Assembly: GCF_036971445.1 (NCBI RefSeq)
Contig: NC_091480.1
Span: 12,958,001 to 13,022,000, forward strand
DNA: 64,000 nt
DNA from: Narcine bancroftii
Lineage: Eukaryota
Direction: 5' to 3'
Shown: piece after piece, positions 24,391 to 37,186 of the stretch
Layout: each line of letters begins with the position of its first letter
Position numbering within the stretch: position 1 is the stretch's first letter
Position numbers and translations under genes: made by a program
Notes under the pieces: model-generated
The model's database searches: none
What the model was told of the DNA's origin: nothing
What the model saw: only the letters and a program-made list of their open reading frames with translations

Positions 24391-26279
24391 GAGTACCACG
24401 GTGTCGACAGAATTCGGTTTTACCTCATTTTTCCAAGTAACCACTAAACACATACAACCCTGAGGTTTTTTTCTTACACTTCTCGTGCCTTTCCAGTGTC
24501 TAACTGTTTTAGGTATCACCTTGACGGCCTGGTATTCACCAGAATATGAAACCACGTTAGCTACGTAAATGGAATGGGATTTCCCCCCCCCCCCCCCCCC
24601 CACTTCTGCACAAACATCAATATTAATCTCTTGCTGTCTCTGGTATGAAATAACATCCATGATTGGCTAAAGCAGTAACACTGCCTATCAGTCGTGTTAC
24701 AACTCCAAAAGCAGAACTGAAAAGTGTTAAGTTAGTTCTGTTTTGTTCATTCCATCTCAGTTAAAGGTGTTGAGTTGAACCACGTAGGTTTAATATCAGA
24801 GATTCTGTTGAGAAAGCCTGGCTTTTTGCCTCCAGACTCGTGTGTTGTCAAAACAGCAGTAATGTCGAGAATAACAGGTAATTAGCATTGAAAACAAGTT
24901 GCGCAGTAGCAATCGAATTTAGGAATATTAAACTGTGGAGGCTTTAAACATTACCTGCCACACACAACAAAAAAGATGGCAACAAGTTGAAAAATAACGA
25001 CTCTGCACCTTGCACGACCTCAGGGACTCTCAAAGGGCTCAACAGCCAGTGAAGTCCTAGGGGAAACCACAGCCGCCAATGTGTACACAGTAACCTTTCA
25101 CAAACACGGTGCACGTAGTAGTTTGCACAAAGCTGTTACAGCGCCAGTGGCTGGGGTTTGAATCCCGTGCTGTCTGTAAGAAGTTTGCCCATTCTCCGTG
25201 TCTGCGTGGGTTTCCTCCTGGTGTTCCAGTTTCCTCTCATCTTTCAAAACGTACTGGGGGCTGTAGGTCATTTGGGTGTAATTGGGTGGCACAGGCTTGT
25301 GGGCCAAAAGAGACTACTGTATTTCTAAATAAATAAAACTGTAATCGATTAACAACCAGCTATTCCACTGCCACGATAAATTGCACGATATTGTCAGAAC
25401 ACTCTTCTTCAAAGTAATATCTTGGGATTTTTTTTTTTACATCCACCCAAGGGGGCAAATGACGAGATCATCGGAGTCGCGGCGGCAATGCAGCTGGTCA
25501 AGCCGGCTGCCTCAAAACTCCGGAGATCCAGCTTCAATCCGGACCTTTTGGTGCTGCCTATGTGGAGTCTGCATGATCTCTCTGGCCGTTTTCTGCTTTC
25601 ATCCCAGATCCTGAAGAAGTGTTGTTAGGTGAGGGGTAGAACCTGGAGGGCGTGAACGCGAACGAGGGGGTGGCATGATTAGTGTAGCAGTTAGTGCAAC
25701 GCTGTTGCGGCGCCAGCAACCCTGGAACAAATCTGTCAGTGTTTGAAAGGAATTTGTGCATTCTCCCTGTGTCTGCGGCCACCTGTTTCCTCTCACCATT
25801 CAAAACGGTCTGGGGCTGTCGGTCAATTGGTTGTAATTGGGCAGCATGGGCTCCTAGGCTGTTCATAAATTTTAATAAAATAGGGTTAGTCTAAATGGGC
25901 TCAGTAGCTGCAATGCATGACTCTTTGATCCTGGTGTGCTCCCTCAGCCTATTCTTCATGCTCATTTCTCTGGTGCGCCCTTTGAGCCAGAGGCAATAAT
26001 CAATTAAAACACATTTGAATGAAACAAAATGATTTTGGGTGGACTTGGATTTCCTTCCAGAAGACATTTGTTAGGGGCCACATAAAAGACTTATGCCAAG
26101 ATGCATGGAGTTGGGGGCAACGTATTAGCATGGATGGAGAAATGGTTAACCAAAAGAATGCAGGGAGCTAGGATTAATGGGCATTTCTCTGGTTAGCAAT
26201 CAGTGGGGAATGGAGTGCTGCAGGGGTCGGAACTGTTCACGATAAACAGTAACGATTTGGAAGAAAGGACCGAGTCTAG

Positions 26280-26646
26280 CAGTGGTTCTCAACCTTTTTC
26301 TTTCCACTCACATCCCACTTCAAGTAATCCCTATGCCATCTGTGCTCTGCGATTAGTAAGGGATTGCTTAAGGTGGGATGTGAGTGGGAAGGGAAAGTTG
26401 AGAATCACTGCTCTAGACCCAATAGTTACTGAAATCTTTTGCTTGAGAAAAATTGTCATTGGCCCATTTCCTTTGGGGTTCTGAAACCTGTGCACATAAA
26501 GAGTCAATTAGGGATGATTAAAACAGTGGTTTTCAAATTTTTCTTTCCATCCACATACTACCTTGAGTAATTCCACAAATGCACTTATAGCATAGGGAAT
26601 ACTTTAAGTGCTATGTGAGTGGAAAGAAAAAGATTGAGAACCACTG
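26280..26646. mobile_element. Composite hAT-like MITE: two palindromic units joined by a ~113-bp spacer
   Basis: Unit 26280-26410, spacer, unit ~26523-26646; the same arrangement occurs inverted and truncated at 39140-39415. Confidence 0.78.
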
Positions 26647-28519
26647 CTGCAGTTTAAATGTTATCGATACAGAAATGTAGAAGGCCCTTCCAGTCCATAA
26701 AACCTGTGCCATCCAATTAATCTACCAACCCATAGGTTTTGGAAGGTGGGAGGAAACAGGACATCTGGAGAAAGCCCAAGCAGGTCTTGGGTCGAATGAA
26801 CAAACTCCTTACAGACAGTGTAGGATTCAAACACTGGTTATTGGTGCTGAAATAGCGTTACACTAGCTGCTATAAATTGTTGTCCAGCGACGCTGGCCCC
26901 CACTGTTGTGGGGAACAGTTTTTCCATGTTTCATCAGATCTCTGGTATAAACTACCTCTGTTAGGTCAATCAAGAATCGTCATTTATTATCTGATTTGCT
27001 AAAGTACAATCCGATGAAACAGTGGTCCTTAGATGGTGGAAAACACGCAGTCACACAACCAGACATAACACACATATAGACAAGCAATACATATGCAGGA
27101 CAAATATTTTATCTATACATATAAATAATATTTTGTACATTTGAGATTCTCGAAGGGTTAGTGTGAGCAGATCCTTTGGTCGTTCAGCATTCTCAGTGCC
27201 CGTGGGAAGAAGCTGCTCCTCAGCCTGGTGGTGCTGGCTCTGATCCTCCTGGATCTATTTCCCGATGGGAGCAGTTGAAAGGTGTGCAGGGCAAAAGGGG
27301 TCTTCAATGATTTTGAGAGCCTTCTTCAGACAACGATCCTGGTAGACCACGTCGATGGCGGGGGAGGGAGATTCCAGTGATCCTCTCGGCAACTTTTAAG
27401 GTACTGTAGATTGATTTCCTCTCATTCCTAAGGTTAGGTGGCAAAGTTGCTTCCTGTGGTCCTTCAGGATTGAAGGGCGACTATTTAAAACAGAGATGTG
27501 GAGGAATTTCTTGAGCCAGAGAGTGGTGAACCTCGGGAATTTCCCACCACGGGCAGCTGAGGAGGCCAGGTCGTTGGAGGCAGAGATCGATAGGTATTTG
27601 AATAGTCAGAGTTTCAAAGGTTGTGGGGAGTGGGACAGAGTGGGAGAATTGATCACTGAGGATACAACGGGCCGAGTGGCCTACTTCTGCTCCTATAGCT
27701 TATGGTATAATGGAACGACCTCATCTGAGGAAAAGGAAAATTGGGAGCAGGAATGGGCCATTCAACCCCTTGATCTGGGACAGAATCCACAAGGGTAAGA
27801 TTGGGATGGGGTACATTTTGGAAGATGATGGGGAACATGTAAGGAAGACTTAATTCTGCCTCTGACCTGCTCTATTTTGGCCGATGCTGAGAGTGGCAGA
27901 CCAAGTGACCTTCCATTTCCTTGCACTGACTTTCCATACGTCACTGACTTCTAAAAGCAATCTAAATAAAGACGGGATATCCTACCCTACTCTACGAATC
28001 ACAGAGCACCGATGGCAGAGGGATTAAAGTGGTATGTGAGTGGAAAGGAAAAGGTTGAGAACTGCTGACCTAAAAGGTGATGAAAAGCAGATTCAATAGT
28101 AACTTTAATGGAGAGTGGTGATATACAGATCTTGAAAACGCCATCCAGCACAGGTATATACGCAAAGGTGACTAGCATGTAGTCAGTGGATTGAATTTCA
28201 TAGTTGTTAGTGAATGCAGGGCTGCAGGGAGAAAGCAGAAGGGCCGGACACACAAGGACCAGAATGGCCTCTTTCAGTACTACAAGTCTGTGACGGTCAA
28301 AAACCTCCACTTCAGGTCCTTTCCAATTTATGATTGATAGATAATCAAAGCATCAATCAGCAGAACTCAGATTGTGAATCGTTAAAATCTTACCTTGCCT
28401 GAATTTGGATCGGTGTCTGAACTGACTGCATATTAAGGTTTCTATAACAACTTAACATGAAGAAAACCAAAATGAATACTGTACGCAATTTCCCTCAAAA
28501 GTCTAATATTCAACAATTA

Positions 28520-29278
28520 CACTAGACAACAAATATTTTGCTTCCTGAACACTTTGGGGTGTATTTTATGGATTTTGGACTGCTGATCACGAAAATCACC
28601 TTAAAATTTCTTAAAAGAGGAATCTTTTTTTAAACCTATTTTTGAGATTCCCTGTCATATTTTACATCTACTAGTTAGTATATTGCCCACAAAGCAAGCT
28701 ATTTTGGTCAGTCCAAGTATACCTGGGCATACACTTAGTGCAGGTGCTATGCAAATGTTGCCTTAGGCCTGGGCATTGCTTGGAAGGCATTTAAAGATGT
28801 TGTTGAGAATTTTCTTGGCAACTACAGAGATCAAATTACATCCAGCTGATTGACAACATGCTTCAAGCGGACAAAACTATGACGTTCAACATGTCATTGA
28901 AAATTCATTTTCTGCCTTCGCACTTGGTTGGACCTCTTCCCTACTGATCTTGGTGCAGTCAGTGACGAATCCAGTGAAAGGTTTCACCAGGACACTGTCA
29001 CCATGGAAAAATGATATCAGGGCAACTGGCTGACTATTGCAGGACAAGAGGCATCCGATGCTGAGTACAAATGAGAATCAGCGGCAAAACATTTTTAGGC
29101 TAGTTTGAGATTATGAGATTAAACATGCTAAATTAAAAAGTTTATTTAATGTTTCTCTAATTTGCTCTGCGATACAGCAAATCTGGAATTACCTTTGTGG
29201 TCAGCTTGAAGTTGCATATCATAATCCCCAATTTTTTTCAGGAAGCAAACCTTTTGAAAAAAAATTGTTTGTCCAGTG
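28520..29278 (+). mobile_element. Chapaev3 (CMC superfamily) DNA transposon, internally deleted
   Basis: Termini cactagacaa ... ttgtccagtg with 3-bp TSD tta (28517-28519, 29279-29281). Decayed transposase C-terminus AWKAFKDVVENFLGNYR...NMSLKIHFL...DLGAVSDESSERFHQD. Confidence 0.82.
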
Positions 29279-31757
29279 TTATACGATCATAACAGCTCTA
29301 ATTCCAAATCCAATCTTGAGAGGAAATTCACTATGGAAGAAAGATTTCTTTTACTATGTAAACGCTTTGAGGATTATTTCAAGAGCACAGTCTGGGACCT
29401 CATGAGGACACAAGGGACTGAAGATGGAGTGTAGAGCAAAAAAAAACCACAAACCACTGGTGGAACTCAGCGAATCGGGCAGCATCGACAACGCAAGCGA
29501 TGGTTTGGATCAAAGTCCTGCTTCTGGTCTTTGTACAGGGTTTTGAGCCAAGACACTGGCCTCCACAGATGCTGCCTGACCCACTGAGCTCCCCAGCAGT
29601 CTGTGTTTTTTTTTCCCCCACCCACCCCTGCTTGACACTTCACGACACTGGGAGTCAAGAGCAAATCCCTTTCTCAGACTGACGTTGGGTTAACGGAAAC
29701 AAACCTGCCCAACAGTTACCATCCTGATCATCTTAAATGGTCCTCCAACTAAATGGTTAACAATCAAACCCGAGCAAAGCAGCTAAACCATGTGCACATT
29801 TAGTCACTGGTAAAACCTCAGACTATTTACCCTTCCTGCAACCCCCCTCTCCAAATCATGGCATTGTTTGCAAACAGATTGGCCTTGTTGCCTTCATCGT
29901 GCTTTTTTAAAAACTGTGTAAACTGTGCTTTACTACTGAACCCTCAGGACCATCTTTCCATAGAACAAATATAAAAGCTAATCAGTGCAATGGAAAATGA
30001 CTAATGAAAATGAAGCAAAAGGGCAGATAGATAATGCTGCTTACCACCCTTGGGGAGAAGGCAGAACCTCACTTCTATAAACTTAAAGAGGAAACAATAG
30101 CAGCATATCTATTGAGGCAAGTCGAAGCTGTTAAATCTGCCTTGAATAGTGACAGTAATTGGTGCTAGCAGAGGCAGAAATCAATGCTCAATTGCTCATT
30201 AGCATTCCACCAATTAAGGAAATCATGATTATTCTCTTGCAAGATTTTTACCACCCTGAAGCCTTCCAGTCCATGAGTGTAAACGACTTTCAATGTACAT
30301 GTGCGCCTGTGTGTGTATAAAACACAGAACGATCTACACTACCATTATGACTTGCCTCTCTTCTTAAGTGAGGAAAAAAAACAGCTACCCTTGATATTCA
30401 AAGGAGTTGGCACTGCCAAGCCCCCCCACCATTGACATGCTGGGAATTGGTGAAGGACGTTTCCCTCCCAGAGTGAAGCAAGTACCATGAATGCACTGCG
30501 GTGGAATAGGACTTGCTGACAGCATTTAGGAAGTGTCCGAATAAACAACTCAAATCACCTCAGCATGGAAGGCCACAGGCTAAGTGCTGGAAGATGGGTT
30601 TTAATCTGGATGGTGCCCACTGATCAGTGCAGAGATGCTGAGCCAAATGTGGCGTTTCCATGTTGTTCAGGGGCCTGCCCACATTTTGTTCATACCTTGA
30701 TGAAGGGCCCAAGCCCAAAATGTTGGTGATGTATCTGTATCTTTGTTACATAAAGGACACTGTTTGACCTGCTGGGTTTCTCCAGCCTTGTGCTTTTACT
30801 TCAACCACCATGCCTACAGACTTTGGTGTTTTATTCCATTTTTTGATGAGAATCTTCATTCGGCCAACCACACGCAAACTCTGTGCAGCTTTCCAAACTC
30901 ATCATCAACTGGTTTTCCTTACTCTGCTGTTAGCTGCACGTCATTGATCTGTGATCTTGGCTCACAACGTTTTTTTTAAATCCATCAGAGTCCCCAGTTA
31001 GTTGCACAACAGTCTTTTCTCACCTTCTGACTGTTCTGCTCACAACTTTGGCCTCAACCATTCTCCTTGTCCTTTTCACTCCCCCCCCCCCCCCCCCCGC
31101 CCCCACCACTAGTACAAAATGTTTCTCTCTCTCTCTCTCCCCAGAGCCACCCCTCCCCCTATCATTCAGCCCATCGAGCCTGCTCCACCATTCAATGCGG
31201 TCATGGCTGATCTGAAGATAGGATCGACTCCACCAACCTGCCTTTCCCCCCCATACCCCTTAATCCTTCTAAAATGTAAAAATCTATCCAACCTTATCTT
31301 AAATATATTTACTCCACTGTTTCAATGGACAGCAAATTCCACATGTTCCCTTTGGGAAAAGCAGTTACTCCGCATTTCAGTCTGAAATATGCTACCCTGA
31401 ATTCTGAGGCTATGCCCCCTAGTTCTACAGTCCCCCATCAATGGGAACAACTTACCTACTTCCATCTTACCTATCCCTTTCACAATTTTATATTTTTTGC
31501 ACACAATCCCCTCTCATTCTTCCAAATTCCAGCAAGTCCAGTCCCAGATGACTCAATCTCTCCTCACAAGCCAACCCCTTCATCTCTGGAATCAATTCTC
31601 TCCTTTCCTCTACTGTCCAAGCATGTCCTTTTGTCTGTTGGTCTGTGCTCCTCTGCCTGCCCTTTCTTTCCTTCTCCCCAGCCTTTTCATTCAGGCAGCT
31701 GTCTGCTTTTCACACATCCTTGCAGATGGGTTCAGGCCCAAAATCCAGCTTATATAT

Positions 31758-32410
31758 CTCAAGTCAAGGTAAATTTAGTCATCTAATTGCACAAGTACAA
31801 CCTGATGAAACAGCCTTGTCTGGTCCTCGGTGCAAAACACACAGACACACAACCAGACATAACACACTTACAGACATAGTCCTGACTAGTATTCATAAAA
31901 GACAAATAAATATTGTTCCATAAATATGAAGATCTCAGATGGTTTGTGTGAGCAGTTCCTTTGGTCGTTCACCATTCTCACTGACCATGAAGAAGCTGTT
32001 CCTCGGCCTGGTGGTGCAGGCTCCAATACTCCTGTATCACTTTCCCGACAGGAGCAGCTAAAAGATGCTGTGGGTGGGGTGGAAGGGGTCCTCAATCATT
32101 TTGCAAGCCCTCCTCAGACAATAATATGGTAGACCACGTTGATGTGGTGGGGGGCGCAGTGTTGTGGAGGGAGATTCCAGTGATCCTCTTATGGTCCTGT
32201 TGATCGACATCCGAACCATTTCTCTGCAGCAACCGTACGGCACTGTGATGCAGCCGGCCAGGACGCTCTCGATAGAGCTCCTGTAAAAGGTTGACATGAT
32301 GGTGGCCAGTAGCCTTGCCCACTTCAGTCTTCTCAGGAATTGCTGTCGCTGTTGTGCCTTTCTGACAAATGAGGAGATGTTGTGTGTCCATGAGAGGTCA
32401 CTAGTTAAGT
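31758..32410 (-). mobile_element. Rex1/Babar-like LINE fragment
   Basis: DLSWTHNISSFVRKAQQR...TFYRSSIESVLAGCITV. Related fragments at ~15230-15560, 26965-27425 and 35050-35290 (minus), and 43140-43375, 45830-45988 and 46740-46840 (plus). Confidence 0.78.
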
Positions 32411-32734
32411 TCCTGCCTCCTTCTGGACACTGCGAGACCTGCTGAGTTCCTCCAGCATTTCTGTATTTTTTCTTCTTTTTTTCCTCCTTCTTCCAGTCCT
32501 CAGAAATAATCGCCAACCTGAAATGTTCACGTTGTTTCTATTTCAACAAATGCTGCCTAAACTGGCGAGTGTTTCCAGCATTTTCTATTTTTATTGCATT
32601 TATTAAGTGGATACAAGAGATTGAATACAAGAGACTCTGGTAAATGACTCACCTCCTGGCACACCAAGCTACCTACTATCCTCCTGTCTCGAGGAGCCCA
32701 TCACCACTCAAATGCAAGTCTCGGTAACATTCAG

Positions 32735-32960
32735 GGCTGCATGGTTAGCGTAATGCTGTTACAGCGCCAGCGACTGGGATCAGGGTTCAAATCCTGCGCT
32801 GTCTGAAAGGAGTTTGTACATTCTCCCCATCTCTGCATGGTGTTCCGGTTTCTTCCCACCCTTCAAAATGTACCAGGGGTTGTAGGTCAATTGGGTGCAA
32901 TTGGGCAGCAGGGGCTTGTGGGTCCAAAGGCCCTGATCCTGTGCTGTCTCTCTGAATTTA
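32735..32960 (+). mobile_element. tRNA-derived V-SINE/HE1-like SINE (representative copy)
   Basis: A-box-like tggttagcg and B-box-like gggttcaaatcc, V-domain core gtttgtacattctcccc..tctgc..ggt.ttccggtttc. Other copies at ~300-470, 9150-9335, 14860-15100, 16410-16640, 18130-18300, 18890-19063, 25105-25330, 25668-25870, 26670-26870, 48385-48570, 49705-49900, 49915-50155, 50630-50870 and 55940-56150. Confidence 0.8.
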
Positions 32961-33223
32961 AAAAAGGTTCATACATCCCAACGACAGCTTGGAAAGGGTA
33001 CTCCCATTGTCATGCAGCAACCCCAAGGGAAGAACATGTATTTGGACAAGTCCAGGATAATCTCCCCGAGGAAGTGCATTGCTGTCATACACTTATCATA
33101 CTGAAATCTAATGAAAGGACACAAAGATGGCTCTTCCTCCATCAGTGTCTAAACCTTAGGAGGTGAAAATGCCTTTGAACAGGCCAACAGAATCAATTGT
33201 AGAAGTGATACTGTATGGAGTAA

Positions 33224-33608
33224 TGTTGAGGATCATGTATGTCACACGTGCCTACTGGCGGGCACCAAGTCAGAAGTAATCTCACCTGCCAATCAAGATG
33301 AGGTTCCACCTACAGATTAACGCACACTAGTCATTGACCCCTTTAACTACCTATTCGATACCTAGGCCGGACTCTCCTACCGATTGCACCATAAAGCCCA
33401 GCAGGCGTGGACCATCTCCCTCTTTTCTTTCCCTGGGTCGAATCCCAGCTCCACTCCAGGTTGTGAACTGTGGGCAGCGCTGGAGAATCATTGGTAAGAT
33501 GTGCGCTGACAAAGAGTGGGGAGCTGCAGTGTGTACACTTAGAGATCACCGTTATTGTGTAGTAAAGTGCTCTTTGGACCTGTCAAACTTGTTTTCCCTC
33601 ATACAACA
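33224..33608 (+). mobile_element. Possible older solo LTR
   Basis: tgttg ... caaca ends and LTR-like layout (cataaa, agtaaa), but no matching TSD. Confidence 0.4.
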
Positions 33609-33659
33609 CAAGGAGGGAGGAAATTTGCCCCAAAGATTCTTGGGACAAGTAAAATAATT

Positions 33660-34690
33660 TTTTCTATAGATTAGGCATTAAATGTTTTAAAGTTTTATTT
33701 GTCGAGGGGAGTCTCAGTTCCTTTGAGCAACTTCCAGTTAAACACGGTCTTTTGGTTATAGATTTTTTACAATCCCAATTTCATACATTTCCTAAGAGGA
33801 CTGATAAGAATTAAATTGATGTCATTTTTAATTTACAACCTTTCTATAATGGTTGAATATCTAACATTTATGATATGTTGTTGGGCTAAGAGAGGCTCCC
33901 TTAGATAAAATTTTAAAAGTTTGTGGACAGAATCTATAGCTTTTAATTCCTGAAGAAAGTGGGAATGTAATTTTCAAATTGGTTAACACCTCTTCTTTAT
34001 GTGCCCTCCACTCTCTCCGACAATTTAAAGTATTCCATAGGGCTCAAATGTCCAAAGTCAACTATCTCATTTTTATGCTGATTTATCTCCTCGTTGTGAT
34101 AAATGCAATAATGGAGATGCTTCATTAATTCATATGTTCTGAACATGCCAGAGTCTTGAGAAATACTGGTTTGAAGTACTTCAACATTTTTCTGCACTTT
34201 TTAAAGTTAATTTTAAACTTAATCCTGCAACCGCTTTATTTGCTATTGTTGGAGAGAGTGACATAACTTTAACAATGTATTAGGTTTTATTTCTCTAATG
34301 GGTAGGCGGGCGGTGTGGCTCAGATCGAGGGACGTTACCCCGCCTACTCATGCTCAATGGCTACGAGATGCCACATCAAGTTTAAACTTAGAGAAGATTA
34401 GATGCTCAACTTCCAATTTGAATGTAAATTTTCAAACCACCATGGGGACCCTTTTTGAATTACTTTCATAATCTTTGATTTGTTATGAAGGTGGAACTGT
34501 TGACTAATGAGGTAAATTTATCACTGATAAGAATTCGGTCTTTCTTAATAAAATGTCAATACAATATAACCTGTTTGATTAAAATGTGGGATATCTTGGA
34601 TTAACTGATATAATTTAAGTGTAATCCATGTTTACTCTGTATTTTTGGATATGAAATTTCAATGTTAATAAAAATATTGAAAAAGGAAAT
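33660..34690 (+). mobile_element. Decayed L1-clade 3' fragment
   Basis: QFKVFHR...CDKC...SLIHMF.TC...YW and PPTHAQWLRD...LNLEKIR; AATAAA followed by an A-rich tail. Confidence 0.7.
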
Positions 34691-36390
34691 CATTTTTTTT
34701 CAGGATAAGGGCATAGCCAAGTGCCTGGATGCAATTCAACTTAATTCTTGGGATGGGAAAAGGAAAAAAAAACCACAATGGATGGAGCCCACTAAAACTC
34801 CTGGGATTAGAGGGGGGAAAGCACAACTACACAGGCAATAGGCCACACACTTTTAGTTCAGTGAGAAACTGCATCAACGTTACACAGGATGTGACAGAAA
34901 AGGTAATAACAGGGCAAACTCCTTGCAGGCAGTGGCCAGTGCTGCAATAGTGTCCCCCGATGGCTGCTCTGCTAACCACGCTTATGCTTTTCCAAGCATT
35001 TGATCCAAAGGTCCCTTCATGACTTGATCGTCCACCTGATACTCATTTGAAGTTCAGATTTATTTGTCAGAGCACGGACATGACAACACATACAACCCTG
35101 AAATTCTGTTTCCTGGAGGCAAAAGAAAAACTGTATTCTATCCATGTAAACTAATAATGAAATGTAAACATACAGGGGAGAAAAAAAATCAACAAAGTGC
35201 AAAAGAAAGAGTCCTTAATTAAGTCTCTGATTAAGAATCTGATAATGGAGGGGTAGCAGCTGGCTCCCGAACCTGGTGCTGCGAGTCACCAACATTAACA
35301 CTTGCAAGTGGCGTAGGTGTTACCCTGTCTGCAGCCTAGGTCCCTTGCTCGCCAGTCAGTACACCCCTCTCTAGCCTTGAAAATTCTGCACATCCATTGT
35401 CCTTTCTGAATTTTGCCCATTTCTTTTTCAGTCTGGATCTCCTTGTGTCACAGTCTTGTGAGCCTTAATGCCTATCTTATGTTGTATGTACCCTGCTCCT
35501 GGACCAATATATCAGACTGAAGATCTGTATGTACTTCATTCTTATGAAAACATAAATACTGCTGTTAATGTATAATTAAGTAAAATATATCAGAAGGTGG
35601 ATAAAAGCACGACTGAAGATATTACAAATCAGAATCATTTTGATAAAACACTAAAGTCAAAATGAAATTTTAATTGTATACAGTATATTGCAAGCTGTCT
35701 TCTAATTTTAAATGTGCAAAATGCAAAGAGTGTCATTTTATCTAAGAAGTTTCATAACACTAGTGGAGCAGTATAATTTGTATTTCAAGTTCTATGATTT
35801 ATTAAATATTGTAAACAATATGCGGCCAATTGATTTTACATAGAAGAATATATATATAAAACTCTAAAAGTAATATTTTGTGATGTAAATGTAATTACAC
35901 TAAATTTTATTAGATGAATCGAACTTGGACACACAAGAACAGGCACTCAAGATTGATATCTTTTGTATTCAGTTGTAAATCTCTCATCAAATCTTAATAG
36001 GTTTGGTGTTTGCTCGGCAAACTCCTGCCCTTCCCTTCAGTCACAACTGGAGGCTGCCCCAAACTATGGTGACCTGCATCTTATCTCTCTGAGTGAGAAT
36101 CCATTCTGCTCATAGCAGGAAAAATAAGGCTATTCATCCCTTAAGCCTGTACTACCATTTCACAAGATCACGGGAACATCGACCTCTCCGGTGTCACCCG
36201 GCCTACTCTCCGTTCTCCCTCTCTTCTCCATTCCTGTCTTCTTTCCTCCAGCTCTTTCTCTATTTACAGAGCCATTCCCCCCCCCCTTCTTTATCCACCT
36301 ATTATCTCTTGCCTGTGGGCCCATACTCCTTCCCTGCACCTCCCCTCCCTGCCACCATTTTGTTCTGGCACCTGGCCACATTTTGCTCAT

Positions 36391-36421
36391 ACCTTGATGA
36401 AGGGCTCAAGCCCGAAATGTT
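36391..36421 (+). ncRNA. Minimal hammerhead-ribozyme-like motif in a Penelope-like tail (variant core)
   Basis: acc-TTGATGA-a-GGGC-tcaa-GCCC-GAAA-tgtt. Penelope-like elements are known to carry minimal hammerheads. Activity is untested. Confidence 0.5.
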
Positions 36422-36888
36422 TGCTATGCATTTTTTTAATGTTTCTTTTATAAAGTATGTTGTTTGATCTGCTGAGTTTTTCTAGCATTGTGTTTTCACT
36501 TTTGCTTACAGAGAATGACTTGACTGCAACTCACCATTGTTTTAAAAGCATCAAGGATCACAGCACAGCAAGAAGTTGTTGTTCCTGCTAGTATAGTACC
36601 ATCTATTCCCAATGTCCTATGCCACTACCTCATTCTACATTGGGTGCTTTATGTGTTTTGTAGGCTTTAGCTGCTTCTCAGCTACTAATGAGTGAATAAA
36701 GACTTACCACTGCACTGACAGGTCAAGAAATCTAGTTCTAATGCTCAAAGGCCAGACAAATTGCAGAGTAGAGTTTGCTACAAACTCACACTCAATGACT
36801 TAAAAAAAAAACCTCATTTTAAAATGGAAGGTTGAAGCACAACATAAAACTGTAAAAGGAGATGGCTTAGATGTCTTTTCGTTGCCGG

Positions 36889-37186
36889 TGTGGCAGCTCA
36901 CCACAAGGCAAGTGAACCGGCCCCACTTGTAAGCCACGCGGTGGGGCAGCCAGCCAAAATGGCGCCGTCGGGGGGTTTCCCTTCCTTCCAGCTCGGGGAT
37001 CAGAAACCCGCGCTTGGGGACCACGTGACACCTGGGTGATGTCAGGGTCCTCTAGCGCGATTCTCAGCCAGATCCAGACTGTGAGTATAAGTGCAGCCCA
37101 GCAGCCTGCAATAAACTAGTCTGCTCACTGAGCTCAACCCGTCTGGTTGCGTGTGTTATTGCAGGAGCAGAGTAGCTGCCACTACA
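36889..37186 (+). mobile_element. Solo LTR (298 bp), Gypsy-like
   Basis: Ends tgtggcagct ... agctgccactaca; TSD ccgg at 36885-36888 and 37187-37190; TATAA ~37086 and AATAAA ~37110; CpG-rich, so probably young. Confidence 0.85.

Noticed and set aside
25105-25330. tRNA genes
   Set aside because: The A/B-box-like motifs belong to SINE heads, and no complete cloverleaf is present.
28394-28441. 48-nt minus-strand cassette with ag/gtaag boundaries
   Set aside because: It has a stop in phase 0, no PITP similarity and a weak pyrimidine tract. Such matches are expected by chance, though a poison exon cannot be excluded without RNA-seq.
34299-34350. GC-rich 12-bp stem hairpin in AT-rich DNA
   Set aside because: It translates in frame as L1 ORF2 (RRAVWL...PPTHAQWL), so the symmetry looks incidental.
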